Source of the DNA: Nitrospinales bacterium
Lineage (GTDB): Bacteria; Nitrospinota; Nitrospinia; Nitrospinales; VA-1
Direction: 5' to 3'
Assembly (NCBI GenBank): GCA_965223345.1
Contig: CBDCWG010000012.1
Location: 3,232,001-3,296,000, forward strand
DNA length: 64,000 nt
Shown here piece after piece: positions 21,321-31,629 of the stretch (positions are counted from its first letter, which is position 1; every line of letters begins with the position of its first letter). The translations under genes were made by a program, and so were the position numbers. A model generated the notes under the pieces. It saw nothing but the letters and a program-made list of their open reading frames with translations. It did not search any database and had not been told where the DNA came from.

Positions 21321-21593
21321 TCCGTCTTAAAATTTGTAAAATTTACACTTAGTGTTACTTATTAAAAAGATAAAATAACGCACACATCATTCACTCGGGT
21401 ACTTATTGAACCGTCGCAGTTTTTTTCGTCCCTTTCGCCGAAGGCGAAACGATTTTTGAATCTTCTGTTTGCGGGGATTGGATCGTTTTCCCCCTGAGCG
21501 AACCGCAAATGGCAATCGCTCCCCTCCCCCCGCCGATTGACGATACATGGGAGTTTTGTTCACAATCATCGCACACTCCCCTTTTTCTCTCTG

Positions 21594-21624
21594 AACGGGC
21601 ACCGTTCGTTCCGCCCGTTTTTTT
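21594..21624 (+). terminator. Intrinsic terminator-like hairpin within the dksA leader
   Basis: AACGGGC-N12-GCCCGTT followed by T-run, ~45 nt before the start codon. Confidence 0.55.
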
Positions 21625-21667
21625 AACACCGGTTTTGTCCCAAAACTAAAAAAAGGAGGTTTTGGGG

Positions 21668-22459
21668 ATGGTCAAGAAAAAGACGACGAAAAAAAAGGCT
21701 GCCAAAAATACCGCCGCCAAAAAAAAGGCTTCCGCTAAAAAATCCGCCAAGAAGGTCGGCAAAAAGACGACGGCTTCGAAAAAGTCCTCCGCGAAAAAAG
21801 CCAAATCCAAAGTGAAGACCAAGGCGAAATCCAAGGCAAAAGCAAAACCCAAGGCGAAGACCAAAACAAAAGCCAAAGCCACAAAGAAAAAGGCTAAAGC
21901 CAAGGCAAAACCGAAAGCCAAAGCCGCAAAGAAAAAGGCCAAAACCAAAGCGAAGGCGAAGCCCAAGGCAAAAGCCAAGGCCGCGAAAAAAGCCCCCAAG
22001 GCCAAAAAAGCGTCCAGCCCCAAGGCGAAGGCGAAACCCGTCGTCGAGCCCGAACCCGTAGAGGAAGAGGATATTCCCGAACCGCCTCCACCGCCGGAAC
22101 CGGTGGACCTGACCAAAGACCCGGCGGTGATGAAGATCTACGAGCGGCTGATCCAGAACCGTTCGGAAGTGGTCAAGATGCTGCAATCCTCACAGGCGAT
22201 GGAACGAGATGTGGGGGAATTGACGTTCAGCGACGAGATCGATCTGGCCGCCAGTCTGGAGGGGAGGGAAATGACCTTTCAGCTTTCCAGCCGCGACCGC
22301 AACGAATTGAAGATGATCGAGGAAGCCCTGTTCAAGATTCAAAAGGGCACGTATGGAATCTGCGAAAACTGCTACAAGAAAATCGCCATGAAGCGGTTGC
22401 AGATCCTGCCCTTGAGCACGCTCTGCATCGAATGTCAGGAATCCGCTGAACAGGGTTGA
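21668..22459 (+). CDS. dksA: DksA/TraR C4 zinc-finger protein with ~125-aa Lys/Ala-rich histone H1-like N-terminus
   Basis: DEIDLA acidic tip, YGICENC...RL..LP...LCIECQ; AAGGAGG upstream. Confidence 0.88.
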   Translation: MVKKKTTKKKAAKNTAAKKKASAKKSAKKVGKKTTASKKSSAKKAKSKVKTKAKSKAKAKPKAKTKTKAKATKKKAKAKAKPKAKAAKKKAKTKAKAKPKAKAKAAKKAPKAKKASSPKAKAKPVVEPEPVEEEDIPEPPPPPEPVDLTKDPAVMKIYERLIQNRSEVVKMLQSSQAMERDVGELTFSDEIDLAASLEGREMTFQLSSRDRNELKMIEEALFKIQKGTYGICENCYKKIAMKRLQILPLSTLCIECQESAEQG

Positions 22460-22466
22460 AGCCGGC

Positions 22467-25055
22467 TCAACTGCCGTGGCATTTTTTGTATTTCTTCCCG
22501 CTGCCGCAGGGGCACGGATCGTTGCGCCCCACTTTCTTCTCATCCCGCCGCACGGTTTCCGGTTTGCCTCCGCCGTCCTCTTCCTTGCCCCGGTGCTCGA
22601 TGACGTTCTGCTGCTTCGGCATCGCCTCTTCGAAGGCGGCCTCGGGCTGTTCCTGCTTTTGAATCTGCATGCGGAATAGAAACTCGACCACTTCCTGCTT
22701 GATCCGGTCCATGGTGTACCGGAACATCTCGAAGCCTTCCTTCTTGTATTCGGTCAGCGGGTTTTTCTGGGCGTAACCGCGCAGCCCGATGCCTTCCTTC
22801 ATGTGATCCATCCCAAGCAGGTGGTCTTTCCAGCGCGCGTCGGTGAACTGCAGCATCGCGCCTTTGCGGATATTGTGAATCGCCTGCTCGTTGAGTCCGT
22901 CCCGTTTCAGCTCCTCCTCCTTGGCATCGCAGGCGCGGCGGACCTCTTCCATGATGGCCTCGTGCAGCTTTTTGCGGTTGCAGTCCTCTAAAGGCAATTT
23001 GTGCGTTTTATTGATGAGGAGTTCCTTGTCCCCGGTCTTTTCGGCGTGGATCAGAAAATATTTTTCCAGCGCTTCGTCCAGCGCGGCGATGTCCCATTCT
23101 TCGGGGTACAGCTTTTCATGCGCGATGTCCTCGAGGATGCCCTCGACGATTTCTTCCGCCATTTCCAGCAGGATTTCCTTCTGGTTTTCGCCGCTGATGA
23201 TGTCGCGGCGCAGCTCGTAAAACACCTCGCGCTGACGGTTCATGACGTCGTCGTATTCGAGAAGGTGTTTGCGAATGTCGAAGTTGTGCGCCTCGACCTT
23301 CTTCTGCGCGTTGGCCACCGCTTTCGACACCATGTTGTGCTCGATGGGCTGGCCGTTTTCCATGCCCAGCTTCTCCATGATCCCGGAGATGCGGTCGGAG
23401 CCGAAAATGCGCAGCAGGTCGTCCTCCAGGGACAGGTAGAAACGGGAAGAGCCCTTGTCTCCCTGCCTGCCGGAGCGGCCGCGCAACTGGTTGTCGATGC
23501 GGCGGCTTTCGTGCCGCTCGGTGCCGAGGATGTGCAGCCCGCCCAGTTCGGGCACGCCTTCGCCGAGCACGATGTCGGTGCCGCGGCCGGCCATGTTGGT
23601 GGCGATGGTCACGGCGCCGTTCTGTCCGGCCTGGGCGATGATTTCCGCTTCCTTTTCGTGCTGCTTGGCGTTGAGCACGTTGTGCTTGATGCCGTGCTTC
23701 TTCAACAGCTTGCTCAGCGCTTCGGATTTCTCGATGGAAATCGTGCCCACCAGCACGGGCCGGCCGATTTCATTGAGTTCCTTGATTTCCTCCAGCACCG
23801 CGTCGAACTTCTCCTTTTCGGTGCGGTAGATGACGTCGGCGAAATCGTCGCGGATCATGGGTTTGTTGGTGGGGACGACGACGACTTCCAGTCCGTAGAT
23901 CGATTGAAACTCGGCGGCTTCGGTGTCCGCGGTTCCGGTCATGCCCGCGAGCTTGTCGTACATGCGGAAATAATTCTGAAAGGTGATGCTCGCCAGCGTC
24001 TGGTTTTCGTTTTCGATCTTGACGCCCTCTTTGGCTTCCAGCGCCTGGTGCAGCCCGTCGCTGTAACGCCGGCCGGTCATCATGCGGCCGGTGAACTCGT
24101 CGATGATCACGACCTGCCCGTCCTTGACGACGTAGTCCACTTCGTTTCTGAACACCGCGTGCGCCTTGAGCGCCTGCTGCGCACAGTGCAGGGTTTCGAT
24201 GTTTTTGGGATCGTACAGGTTTTCGACGTTGAGCTTTTTCTCCAGCTCCGCGATGCCCTCTTCGGTCAGCGAGGCAGTGCGGGCCTTCTCGTCCACCTGG
24301 TAATGCGTTTCCTTCTTCAGGCTGGGCACCACGCGGTTGACTTCGTAGTACTTGTCGGTCGATTCCTCGGCGGGCCCGGAAATGATCAGCGGCGTGCGGG
24401 ATTCGTCGATGAGGATGCTGTCCACCTCGTCCACGATGGCAAAATTCAAATGCCGCTGCACGAAGTCTTCCTCGAAAAACTTCATGTTGTCGCGCAGGTA
24501 GTCGAAACCGAACTCGTTGTTGGTGCCGTAGGTGACATCGGATTTATAGGCCTGGTGCCGCTCTTCTTCGGGCATGTCCTGGTAGATCATGCCGACGGTC
24601 AAACCGAGAAAGGTGTAGACCGCGCCCATCCATTCGCTGTCGCGCTTGGCCAGGTAATCGTTGACCGTGACCACGTGCACGCCCTTCTCTTCGAGCGCGT
24701 TCAGATAAACGGGCAGCGTCGCCATCAGGGTTTTTCCTTCGCCGGTTTTCATCTCGGCGATCTTCCCTTCGTGCAGCACCACGCCGCCGACCAGCTGCAC
24801 ATCGAAATGGCGCATCGTAAGGACGCGCCAGCTGGCTTCACGCACCACCGCAAAGGCTTCCGGCAGGATGTCATCGAGGCTGGCGCCCTGCGCCAGCTGC
24901 TCCTTGAATGCGGGCGTTTTGGCCTTGAGTTCGGCGTCGCTGAGAGCCTTCACCCCTTCCTCCAGGGCGTTGACCTTCTCCACATAAGCCTGGATGCGCT
25001 TGATCTCGCGATCGTTTTTGGTGCCGACGATTTTCTGAATTAAGTTCATTACCAT
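22467..25055 (-). CDS. secA: Preprotein translocase ATPase SecA
   Basis: [42 protein letters not shown] motif. Confidence 0.98.
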   Translation of the reverse strand: MVMNLIQKIVGTKNDREIKRIQAYVEKVNALEEGVKALSDAELKAKTPAFKEQLAQGASLDDILPEAFAVVREASWRVLTMRHFDVQLVGGVVLHEGKIAEMKTGEGKTLMATLPVYLNALEEKGVHVVTVNDYLAKRDSEWMGAVYTFLGLTVGMIYQDMPEEERHQAYKSDVTYGTNNEFGFDYLRDNMKFFEEDFVQRHLNFAIVDEVDSILIDESRTPLIISGPAEESTDKYYEVNRVVPSLKKETHYQVDEKARTASLTEEGIAELEKKLNVENLYDPKNIETLHCAQQALKAHAVFRNEVDYVVKDGQVVIIDEFTGRMMTGRRYSDGLHQALEAKEGVKIENENQTLASITFQNYFRMYDKLAGMTGTADTEAAEFQSIYGLEVVVVPTNKPMIRDDFADVIYRTEKEKFDAVLEEIKELNEIGRPVLVGTISIEKSEALSKLLKKHGIKHNVLNAKQHEKEAEIIAQAGQNGAVTIATNMAGRGTDIVLGEGVPELGGLHILGTERHESRRIDNQLRGRSGRQGDKGSSRFYLSLEDDLLRIFGSDRISGIMEKLGMENGQPIEHNMVSKAVANAQKKVEAHNFDIRKHLLEYDDVMNRQREVFYELRRDIISGENQKEILLEMAEEIVEGILEDIAHEKLYPEEWDIAALDEALEKYFLIHAEKTGDKELLINKTHKLPLEDCNRKKLHEAIMEEVRRACDAKEEELKRDGLNEQAIHNIRKGAMLQFTDARWKDHLLGMDHMKEGIGLRGYAQKNPLTEYKKEGFEMFRYTMDRIKQEVVEFLFRMQIQKQEQPEAAFEEAMPKQQNVIEHRGKEEDGGGKPETVRRDEKKVGRNDPCPCGSGKKYKKCHGS

Positions 25056-25379
25056 GAGCAGACCGATTCGTTCTTTATGTCAAATTAGGGACAAGGGCCG
25101 CGTCGCGACAAGACACACCGGTGCCGGTTGCAACGAAACCCGTGAATGACCGTTTGGAGGAATTCAATTCGATCGGGAACCATCCCCTCCCCCGAACCTG
25201 CCGGTTGGGATCGAACTCATTGTAACCAAACCGCAATCGTAATGAAACCACTGTTTTGGAGTCGTGCGCGCAGCCAGAGCGGGCTTGAGGGTGAAACGCC
25301 GGGTGGAGATGAAAAAAATGCGTGCTTTAACAGGAAGGCTCTCCGGCACAGGATGCCGGAACGGGACGGCCGGAGCCGG

Positions 25380-26324
25380 TCACTCTTCGAGGATGTAGTT
25401 CTTGGGATTGACGGGGACGCCGTTCAACAGCACTTCGTAATGCAGATGCGGTCCGGTGCTGCGGCCGGTGTTGCCGACTTTGGCGATGGCCTGGCCGCGC
25501 TTGACGCGGTCTCCCACTTTGACCAAATGCTTGGAGTTGTGTCCGTAACGGGTGGCGATGCCGTAGCCGTGCTTGACTTCCACCATGTTGCCGTAGCCGC
25601 TCTCCCGGCCCGAAACCGAAACGATGCCGTCGGCGGTGGCCCGGACGATGGAACCGGTGCGGGCGCCGATGTCCCAGCCTTCGTGCTTTTCTTTCAAGCC
25701 CGTGAAGGGGGATTTGCGAATGCCGAATCCGGAAGTGACCCAGCCGCGGGTCGGCCAGATCGAAGGCGTGGCGGCGAGCAGAGACTTTTGATTTTTGAAG
25801 TATTCGTCGAGCTGCTGGAAGCTGATGGCCTGAACCTTGGCCTGCTGGTTGAGCTGATCCAGATCGATCGAAAGCCGTTCCACCATGGAAACCGCTTCCC
25901 GTTCCAGCGAAGTCACAAAACTCTGGGAAGACAATCCGTAAGGACCGCCGACGCCCCAGTCTTCCGTTTTGTTCGAGGGCGTGTCTCCGAGATCCGTGAT
26001 CACCCGCAGCTTGTTGGCGAACCGGTCCAATCGGGCCATTTCCGTGGAGAAATCCTTGACCTGCTGGGTGAATTTTTCGACCTGAATTTTCTGGATTTTG
26101 GACTCGCGGCGAAGCTCTGTGATTTCAACCTGGTCCTTGCGCAGTTGGTTGTAGCTGGAGATGAAATAGATCGACGATCCCGTCAGGACCACGACCAGCA
26201 CCAAAGAAACAATGAGCCCAAAATGGAAATATTTTTTGGGGATGCGAATTTTTTTGGGAGCTTCAGCTGAACCCGGAAACAGCATCAGGGTATAGTCTTC
26301 TTTATTCACCCCGCCCTCCTGCAA
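25380..26324 (-). CDS. M23 family metallopeptidase with TM anchor and coiled coil
   Basis: TPSIWP, HEGWD, YGH, GRSTGPHLHYEV. Confidence 0.92.
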   Translation of the reverse strand: MQEGGVNKEDYTLMLFPGSAEAPKKIRIPKKYFHFGLIVSLVLVVVLTGSSIYFISSYNQLRKDQVEITELRRESKIQKIQVEKFTQQVKDFSTEMARLDRFANKLRVITDLGDTPSNKTEDWGVGGPYGLSSQSFVTSLEREAVSMVERLSIDLDQLNQQAKVQAISFQQLDEYFKNQKSLLAATPSIWPTRGWVTSGFGIRKSPFTGLKEKHEGWDIGARTGSIVRATADGIVSVSGRESGYGNMVEVKHGYGIATRYGHNSKHLVKVGDRVKRGQAIAKVGNTGRSTGPHLHYEVLLNGVPVNPKNYILEE

Positions 26325-26543
26325 CTGTGTTGAGACCTGTTGGTTCGAAAATCATTGCACAACCCTGCAATTTCTTAAACTAGCTTTGAAGCCTTTTGAT
26401 GTCAACCATTAATTGGGTGGCATCTGAGTCACAAAATATTACTTATATGAAAATTTACAATCGTTCGCTGAAAATTTTTTTCAACTTTGATTGTGTGAAA
26501 TCGTGCGTATTTTTTTTCAGCCGCGAAGGGACGGTTTTTCAAT

Positions 26544-27446
26544 TTATTTTATCTTCTCCCGCGCCTGAATGTGGTTGGGGTTGATCTTGAGGACTTCGCG
26601 GAAATAGGAAGCCGCTTTCTCACCCTCCCCTTTTTCTTCATACAAAAGTCCCAGGCTGAAATATGCCGGGACGAGTCCCTGGGTATAGCCGATTTCGCGA
26701 AAAACGCCGGCCATCTCGTCGAACTTGCCGATCGCCTCCTCCAGCTTTCCCTGGGCGTACAATTTGAATCCCTCCTGGCGCAGGGCTCTCCCTATGGACC
26801 TTCCGTAACCCCGCGCCAGGAGGGATTGTCCATCCTTGACATGTGCCCTGAACTCTGCAAAAAACAAGCCATAATTGCCCTTTTCGCGGTATATTTCGCC
26901 TAAGTTATTGTAAAACATAGGGTTTTCTGGCTCCAGACGGATGGCTTCCTTCACCGATTTTATGGCATAAGTGTATGATTTTGTGCGCGCTAGGGACGCT
27001 CCGAGGTTGTTCCAGGCCAGGGCGTTTTGCGGGTCCTGCCGGGTGGCTTTTTCGAGGTGGATGCGGGCCTGATCGTCGTTACCTTTAAGGTAATGGTGAT
27101 AGCCCAGACCGTAGTGCGCCGCGGACGATTCCGGGTGAGCGGCGAGGTATTCCGTCAGATAGGTTTCCGCCTCCGCTTCCCCGCTGGCCCCACGGTACGC
27201 CCGGATCAGGCCGCGAAACACCGCACTGTCCGCCTCGCCCCCCTCCAGCATGGCCTTATAGGCCGCCAGCGCTTCGGGATACCGCTTGCGGGCCAGCAGC
27301 CATTCGGCTCTCTGGTCCGGGGGCAGCGTGAACGCCGTTCCCGGATGCCCGCCCTGCTGCGGGAATGCCTGGGCCGGCGACAGGCAGTAAAGCACGCCCA
27401 GAAGGGCGCAAAGCCCTTTATATACCCTGCGGATTTTTTCGCTCAT
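26544..27446 (-). CDS. Secreted TPR-repeat protein
   Basis: Signal peptide and several TPR repeats (AWNNLG, FYNNLG, AYFSLG). Confidence 0.82.
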   Translation of the reverse strand: MSEKIRRVYKGLCALLGVLYCLSPAQAFPQQGGHPGTAFTLPPDQRAEWLLARKRYPEALAAYKAMLEGGEADSAVFRGLIRAYRGASGEAEAETYLTEYLAAHPESSAAHYGLGYHHYLKGNDDQARIHLEKATRQDPQNALAWNNLGASLARTKSYTYAIKSVKEAIRLEPENPMFYNNLGEIYREKGNYGLFFAEFRAHVKDGQSLLARGYGRSIGRALRQEGFKLYAQGKLEEAIGKFDEMAGVFREIGYTQGLVPAYFSLGLLYEEKGEGEKAASYFREVLKINPNHIQAREKIK

Positions 27447-27473
27447 TCTTTAGGCTTTCCGGCCGGGATGGGA

Positions 27474-28865
27474 TCAGCCCATTTCTTCCGCATCGGGGTC
27501 CCCGCCGGGAGGGCCTCCTCCATGCTGGTCGGTGAGGTTGTAGAAGCGGGTGTGGTCGTTCTCGAAATGCAGTTTGACATCGCCGATGGGTCCGTTTCTC
27601 TGCTTGCGGATCAGGATTTCGGCGATGCCGATCTGGTCGCCCTCGGGGTTGTAGACCTCGTCGCGGTAGATGAAGGCGACCACGTCGGCGTCCTGCTCGA
27701 TGGAGCCGGATTCGCGCAGATCGGACAGCAGCGGCCGTTTGTCGGTGCGGCTCTCGACGCCGCGGCTGAGCTGGGAAAGCGCCACAATGGGCACGTTGAT
27801 TTCTTTCGCGAGCCCCTTGAGCCCGCGGGAAATTTCCGAGACTTCGAGCTGACGGTTTTCGGTGCTGGCGCGGCCGTGCATGAGCTGCAGGTAATCCACG
27901 ACGACGAGGCCGAGATTCTGCTCGGCGGCGAGACGCCGGGCGCGGGCGCGGATATCCAGGGAACTCAGAGCCGGGGTGTCGTCGATGAACATGGCCGCTT
28001 CCGAAAGCCGGCCCGCGGCCTGGGTGAGCTTGGGCCAGTCACTTTTGGCGATGTAGCCGGTGCGCAGCTTGCCGGAATTGATGCGCGCTTCGGCGCACAG
28101 CATACGCAGGCCGAGCTGCTCCTTGGACATCTCCAGACTGAAGATCGCGGTGGGCACTTTTTCGTGCAGCGCCGCATGCCGGGCGATGTCGAGGGCGAAA
28201 CTGGTTTTCCCCATACTGGGACGCCCGGCGATGATGATGAGATCGGAAGGCTGCAACCCCGCGGTCATGTGGTCCAGGTCGAGAAAGCCCGTGGACACAC
28301 CCTTGACCATGCCGGGATTTTCGAACAGCTTTTCGATGGCGACGAAATTGGATTTGACGATTTCCTGCAGGCTGAAAAAACTGCGGTTGGACCGCTTCTC
28401 GGAAATCTGGAAGATGGACTGCTCGGCACGGTCGAGGATGTGTTCGACGTCGTCGGTGTCGCTGTAGCTGTCGGTGACGATCTGGGTGGCGGTTTCGATC
28501 AGCTCGCGCAGCACCTTCTTTTCCCGCACGATCTTGGCGTGGTGGACGATGGCGGTGGCGGTGGGAACGAAATCCTCGAGCAGGTCCAGGTAGTCCATGC
28601 CGCCCACGGATTCGAGCTCGCTTTTCTTGCGCAGTTTTTCGGCGAGAGACAGGACGTCGATGGGCTCGTTGGCCTCAAAGAGATCCTGCATGGCGATGTA
28701 GATCTTTTTATGACTGGATTTGTAAAAGTCTTCCTCGCTCAGGACTTCCAGGGACTTGGCGATCGCGTCCTGAGATTTGAGACAGGCGGCCAGCACACTC
28801 TGCTCGGCTTCCATGCTGTAAGGCGGAAGTTTGCTGAGGGCGAGGTCGGAAATGGCTTCGGGCAT
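27474..28865 (-). CDS. dnaB: Replicative DNA helicase DnaB
   Basis: PPYSMEAEQSVL, GRPSMGKT, VDYLQLM, SDLRESGSIEQDAD; GGAGG before ATG at 28865. Confidence 0.97.
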   Translation of the reverse strand: MPEAISDLALSKLPPYSMEAEQSVLAACLKSQDAIAKSLEVLSEEDFYKSSHKKIYIAMQDLFEANEPIDVLSLAEKLRKKSELESVGGMDYLDLLEDFVPTATAIVHHAKIVREKKVLRELIETATQIVTDSYSDTDDVEHILDRAEQSIFQISEKRSNRSFFSLQEIVKSNFVAIEKLFENPGMVKGVSTGFLDLDHMTAGLQPSDLIIIAGRPSMGKTSFALDIARHAALHEKVPTAIFSLEMSKEQLGLRMLCAEARINSGKLRTGYIAKSDWPKLTQAAGRLSEAAMFIDDTPALSSLDIRARARRLAAEQNLGLVVVDYLQLMHGRASTENRQLEVSEISRGLKGLAKEINVPIVALSQLSRGVESRTDKRPLLSDLRESGSIEQDADVVAFIYRDEVYNPEGDQIGIAEILIRKQRNGPIGDVKLHFENDHTRFYNLTDQHGGGPPGGDPDAEEMG

Positions 28866-28890
28866 GGTTTTCCTCCCGGAACAGGGTGAA

Positions 28891-29487
28891 TCAGGAGGTT
28901 TCTTCGGTGCTCTCTTTTTCGGGTTTCTCTTGGGCTTCCTCCGGGGTCGCTTCGGTGGCTTCAGTCGCGTCGGTCGTTTCAGCGGTTTCCGCCGCTGCGG
29001 TTTCTTCCGTCTCTTCAGCCGGAGCGGCTTCGGGTTCCGCCTGCTTGTCCGCAACCACGGACACCTTGATCTGGGCGGTGACTTCCGGGTGCAGTTTCAC
29101 CGGCACCTCATACTCGCCCAGCGCCTTGATCGGCTCGGCCGGCATGATCTTGCGCCGGTCCACCTCGATGCCTTTGCCACGCAGCGATTCGGCGATCTCC
29201 TGGGTGGTGACGGAACCGTACAGCTTGCCTTGCTCGCCGACTTTCTTTTTGATGACGCAGGTGGCCTTGCCGATCTCTTCGGCCTGCTCGTTGGCCACAC
29301 CGACGATCTTTTTCAGTTTGGCCTGAACGATCTTTTTCTGGTGGTTGAACTGCTTGAGGTTCTTCGGGGTGGCGAGCAGCGCCTTGCCCTGCGGAATCAG
29401 GTAATTGCGTCCGTACCCGTCCTTCACGGTCACCTCGTCGCCACAGAAACCGAGCCCGTCTACGTTTTCTTTCAATAACAACTTCAT
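28891..29487 (-). CDS. rplI: 50S ribosomal protein L9 with acidic C-terminal extension
   Basis: VKDGYGRNYLIP, GKLYGSVT, VKLHPEV. Confidence 0.97.
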   Translation of the reverse strand: MKLLLKENVDGLGFCGDEVTVKDGYGRNYLIPQGKALLATPKNLKQFNHQKKIVQAKLKKIVGVANEQAEEIGKATCVIKKKVGEQGKLYGSVTTQEIAESLRGKGIEVDRRKIMPAEPIKALGEYEVPVKLHPEVTAQIKVSVVADKQAEPEAAPAEETEETAAAETAETTDATEATEATPEEAQEKPEKESTEETS

Positions 29488-29532
29488 GTCTCAATCGCTC
29501 CTTGCCGTTGATTTGTCATTGTATGCAAAATT

Positions 29533-30492
29533 CTATTCCGAATCGTTTTCGATCTTCGGCTGCTTTCTCAGTTTTCTGAAATCCACCCAGATGTCGAACA
29601 CGCCCAGTCCCACGATGAGCCCGATCAGCATGGGCTGAATCAGGGTGAAAATGAAAAACACCACCCACAAAAACCAGGGCAGCTTCTTGGCCTCCATGAT
29701 GAAGGCGGCGATGGCCAACCCGTGCAGGAAGTACAGCCACAGCATCACGAGGAACGCATTCAGGCCCAGCGTCTTCGCCTCCCCCGTGAGGAGGAACACC
29801 GCGGCGCCGGACAGGATCAGAGGCCAGATCCATTGCTCCGAAAGAATCCATTCGGAGAACTTCCCCTGGGGGAAGACGGTCGGGCCATACAGCCGGCCCC
29901 AGATCGTGCGCACCAGGAAAAAGTTGACCACCGCGGTCATCAGCGAACCAACGATGACGAACGCGGGATAAGCCGAGGCGAACGTGCGGGACGTGCTCTC
30001 GACAAACTCGGTCATGGCGTTCAGGTCCGCCGGAGCCTGCCCCGCCTCTTTCAGGCTTTCCATCGACTGATGGAAATGGGTTTCGACCTGCTCCTGAAAA
30101 AAATCGGTCAGCGATTTTTCCTGGGTGCCGAAAATCACCGACAACAGCAGGAGCGACAGCACCGAGGACGTCAGGGCGCTGAACAGGATGCAGCGGTCCA
30201 GCGAAAACCCGGCTTTCACGGTTTCGGCCATGACGGCGGCCATCACCGCGTACTCTGCAAAAAACAGGACGGCCTGCCCCGGCCCCATCAGGCTGTACAG
30301 GACGACGAACACCAGCGCCATCAGGACCACGCCCACCGGCATCCCGCGCTGCAGATACACGAAAATGAGCGGGACCGGCGCCAGGATGCCCGCCAGCACC
30401 CCCAGCGGGGGGATCAACAGGGCCACCAGAAAAACGGCCGAGACCAGAATCAGCGGTAAGACTAAATCCTTTAAATCCGGTCGGTCGGACAA
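29533..30492 (-). CDS. YybS/DUF2232 family membrane protein
   Basis: Multi-TM, C-terminal LGVFDIWVDFRK, conserved position between rpsR and rplI. Confidence 0.85.
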   Translation of the reverse strand: MSDRPDLKDLVLPLILVSAVFLVALLIPPLGVLAGILAPVPLIFVYLQRGMPVGVVLMALVFVVLYSLMGPGQAVLFFAEYAVMAAVMAETVKAGFSLDRCILFSALTSSVLSLLLLSVIFGTQEKSLTDFFQEQVETHFHQSMESLKEAGQAPADLNAMTEFVESTSRTFASAYPAFVIVGSLMTAVVNFFLVRTIWGRLYGPTVFPQGKFSEWILSEQWIWPLILSGAAVFLLTGEAKTLGLNAFLVMLWLYFLHGLAIAAFIMEAKKLPWFLWVVFFIFTLIQPMLIGLIVGLGVFDIWVDFRKLRKQPKIENDSE

Positions 30493-30495
30493 GGC

Positions 30496-30732
30496 TCAGT
30501 GTTCAACCGCAAACGGCAGCAGCGCGATGTTGCGCGCCCGCTTGATGGCTTTGGTCAGCTGCCTTTGATGCTTGGCGCAGTTGCCCGAGATCCGCGAGGG
30601 GACGATCTTGCCGCGCTCGGAGATCAGGGGCTTCAGCACTTTGACATCGTGAAAATCGATGTGATCGACTTTTTCCGCACAGAACCGGCAGATTTTCTGG
30701 GTGAAAAAAGATCGTTTTCTCGAGCCTACCAT
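30496..30732 (-). CDS. rpsR: 30S ribosomal protein S18
   Basis: [27 protein letters not shown]. Confidence 0.97.
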   Translation of the reverse strand: MVGSRKRSFFTQKICRFCAEKVDHIDFHDVKVLKPLISERGKIVPSRISGNCAKHQRQLTKAIKRARNIALLPFAVEH

Positions 30733-30784
30733 GGTTTCCTCTTTCTGATTTTTAAAATTCGAACTCTATGAAATCCGCTTTGTA

Positions 30785-31192
30785 TTAAAAGGGTATGTCG
30801 TCTTTATCGCCAGCTCCCCCCTGAGAAGGAGCGTACTCGCCGGAACCTTTGCCCTCGCCGCCGCCGGGGCGGCCGAGAAACTGCACGGTGTTCGCCACCA
30901 CGTCCAGCTTGTTGCGTTTCTGCCCGGTGTCGGATTCCCAGGATTGAAAGTTGAGCCGGCCCTCCACGAACACCGGGCTGCCCTTGTGCAGGTATTCGGC
31001 GCAGTTTTCCGCCTGCTTGGCCCAGACGGTGATGTCCACGTAGCAGACTTCGTCTTTCCAGTCGTCTCCCTGCTTGTAACGCCGGTTGACCGCCAGCCCG
31101 AAACTGGCGACGGCGGCGCCGCTCGCTGTGTACCGCAGTTCCGGGTCGCGGGTCAGATTGCCCATGAGCAACACTTTATTGAAAGATGCCAT
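30785..31192 (-). CDS. ssb: Single-stranded DNA-binding protein
   Basis: NKVLLMGNLTRDPELRYT, VEGRL, C-terminal DDIPF. Confidence 0.97.
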   Translation of the reverse strand: MASFNKVLLMGNLTRDPELRYTASGAAVASFGLAVNRRYKQGDDWKDEVCYVDITVWAKQAENCAEYLHKGSPVFVEGRLNFQSWESDTGQKRNKLDVVANTVQFLGRPGGGEGKGSGEYAPSQGGAGDKDDIPF

Positions 31193-31242
31193 CGGTCACC
31201 ATCCTGTGTGAAAGGCGGATATTGGGTTGATTGCGAGAGGGG

Positions 31243-31629
31243 TCACGCGTCCGCCGGTTTGGCGGCAGGAGCCTCTTCCTTCTTGTTCTCTTCCGATGCT
31301 TCGGCGGCTTCTTCTTCGACTTTCAGGACGCGCTCCTTATCCTTTTCATCCAGCCGCACGACCATGTATTTGATGATGGGATCGAACAGACGGAATTTTT
31401 CCTCAAGCGCGGTCACTTTATCGTTGTCGCAGGTGTGGTAAATGTTGAGATAGAACCCGAACCGGTTCTTCTTGACCCGGTAGGCGAGGCGTTTTTTCCC
31501 CCACTTATCGACTTTGAGAAATTCCCCACCCTGAGTTTTGATGAGATCCTCAATGGCCTTCAGGTGCTCATCGACCTGGGTTTCGTCGAAATCGGGTTTC
31601 AGAATTAAGATAGTCTGGTAGGAACGCAA
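31243..31629 (-). CDS. rpsF: 30S ribosomal protein S6
   Basis: WGKKRLAY motif; GGAGG before TTG start; heads the rpsF-ssb-rpsR cluster. Confidence 0.95.
   Translation of the reverse strand: MRSYQTILILKPDFDETQVDEHLKAIEDLIKTQGGEFLKVDKWGKKRLAYRVKKNRFGFYLNIYHTCDNDKVTALEEKFRLFDPIIKYMVVRLDEKDKERVLKVEEEAAEASEENKKEEAPAAKPADA

Noticed and set aside
28891..29040. Acidic tail on ribosomal protein L9
   Set aside because: Acidic C-terminal extensions of L9 are known in several bacterial groups
28866..29054. Basic N-terminal extension of DnaB in the ORF track
   Set aside because: It is an alternative frame of the acidic rplI tail; a GGAGG supports the start at 28865
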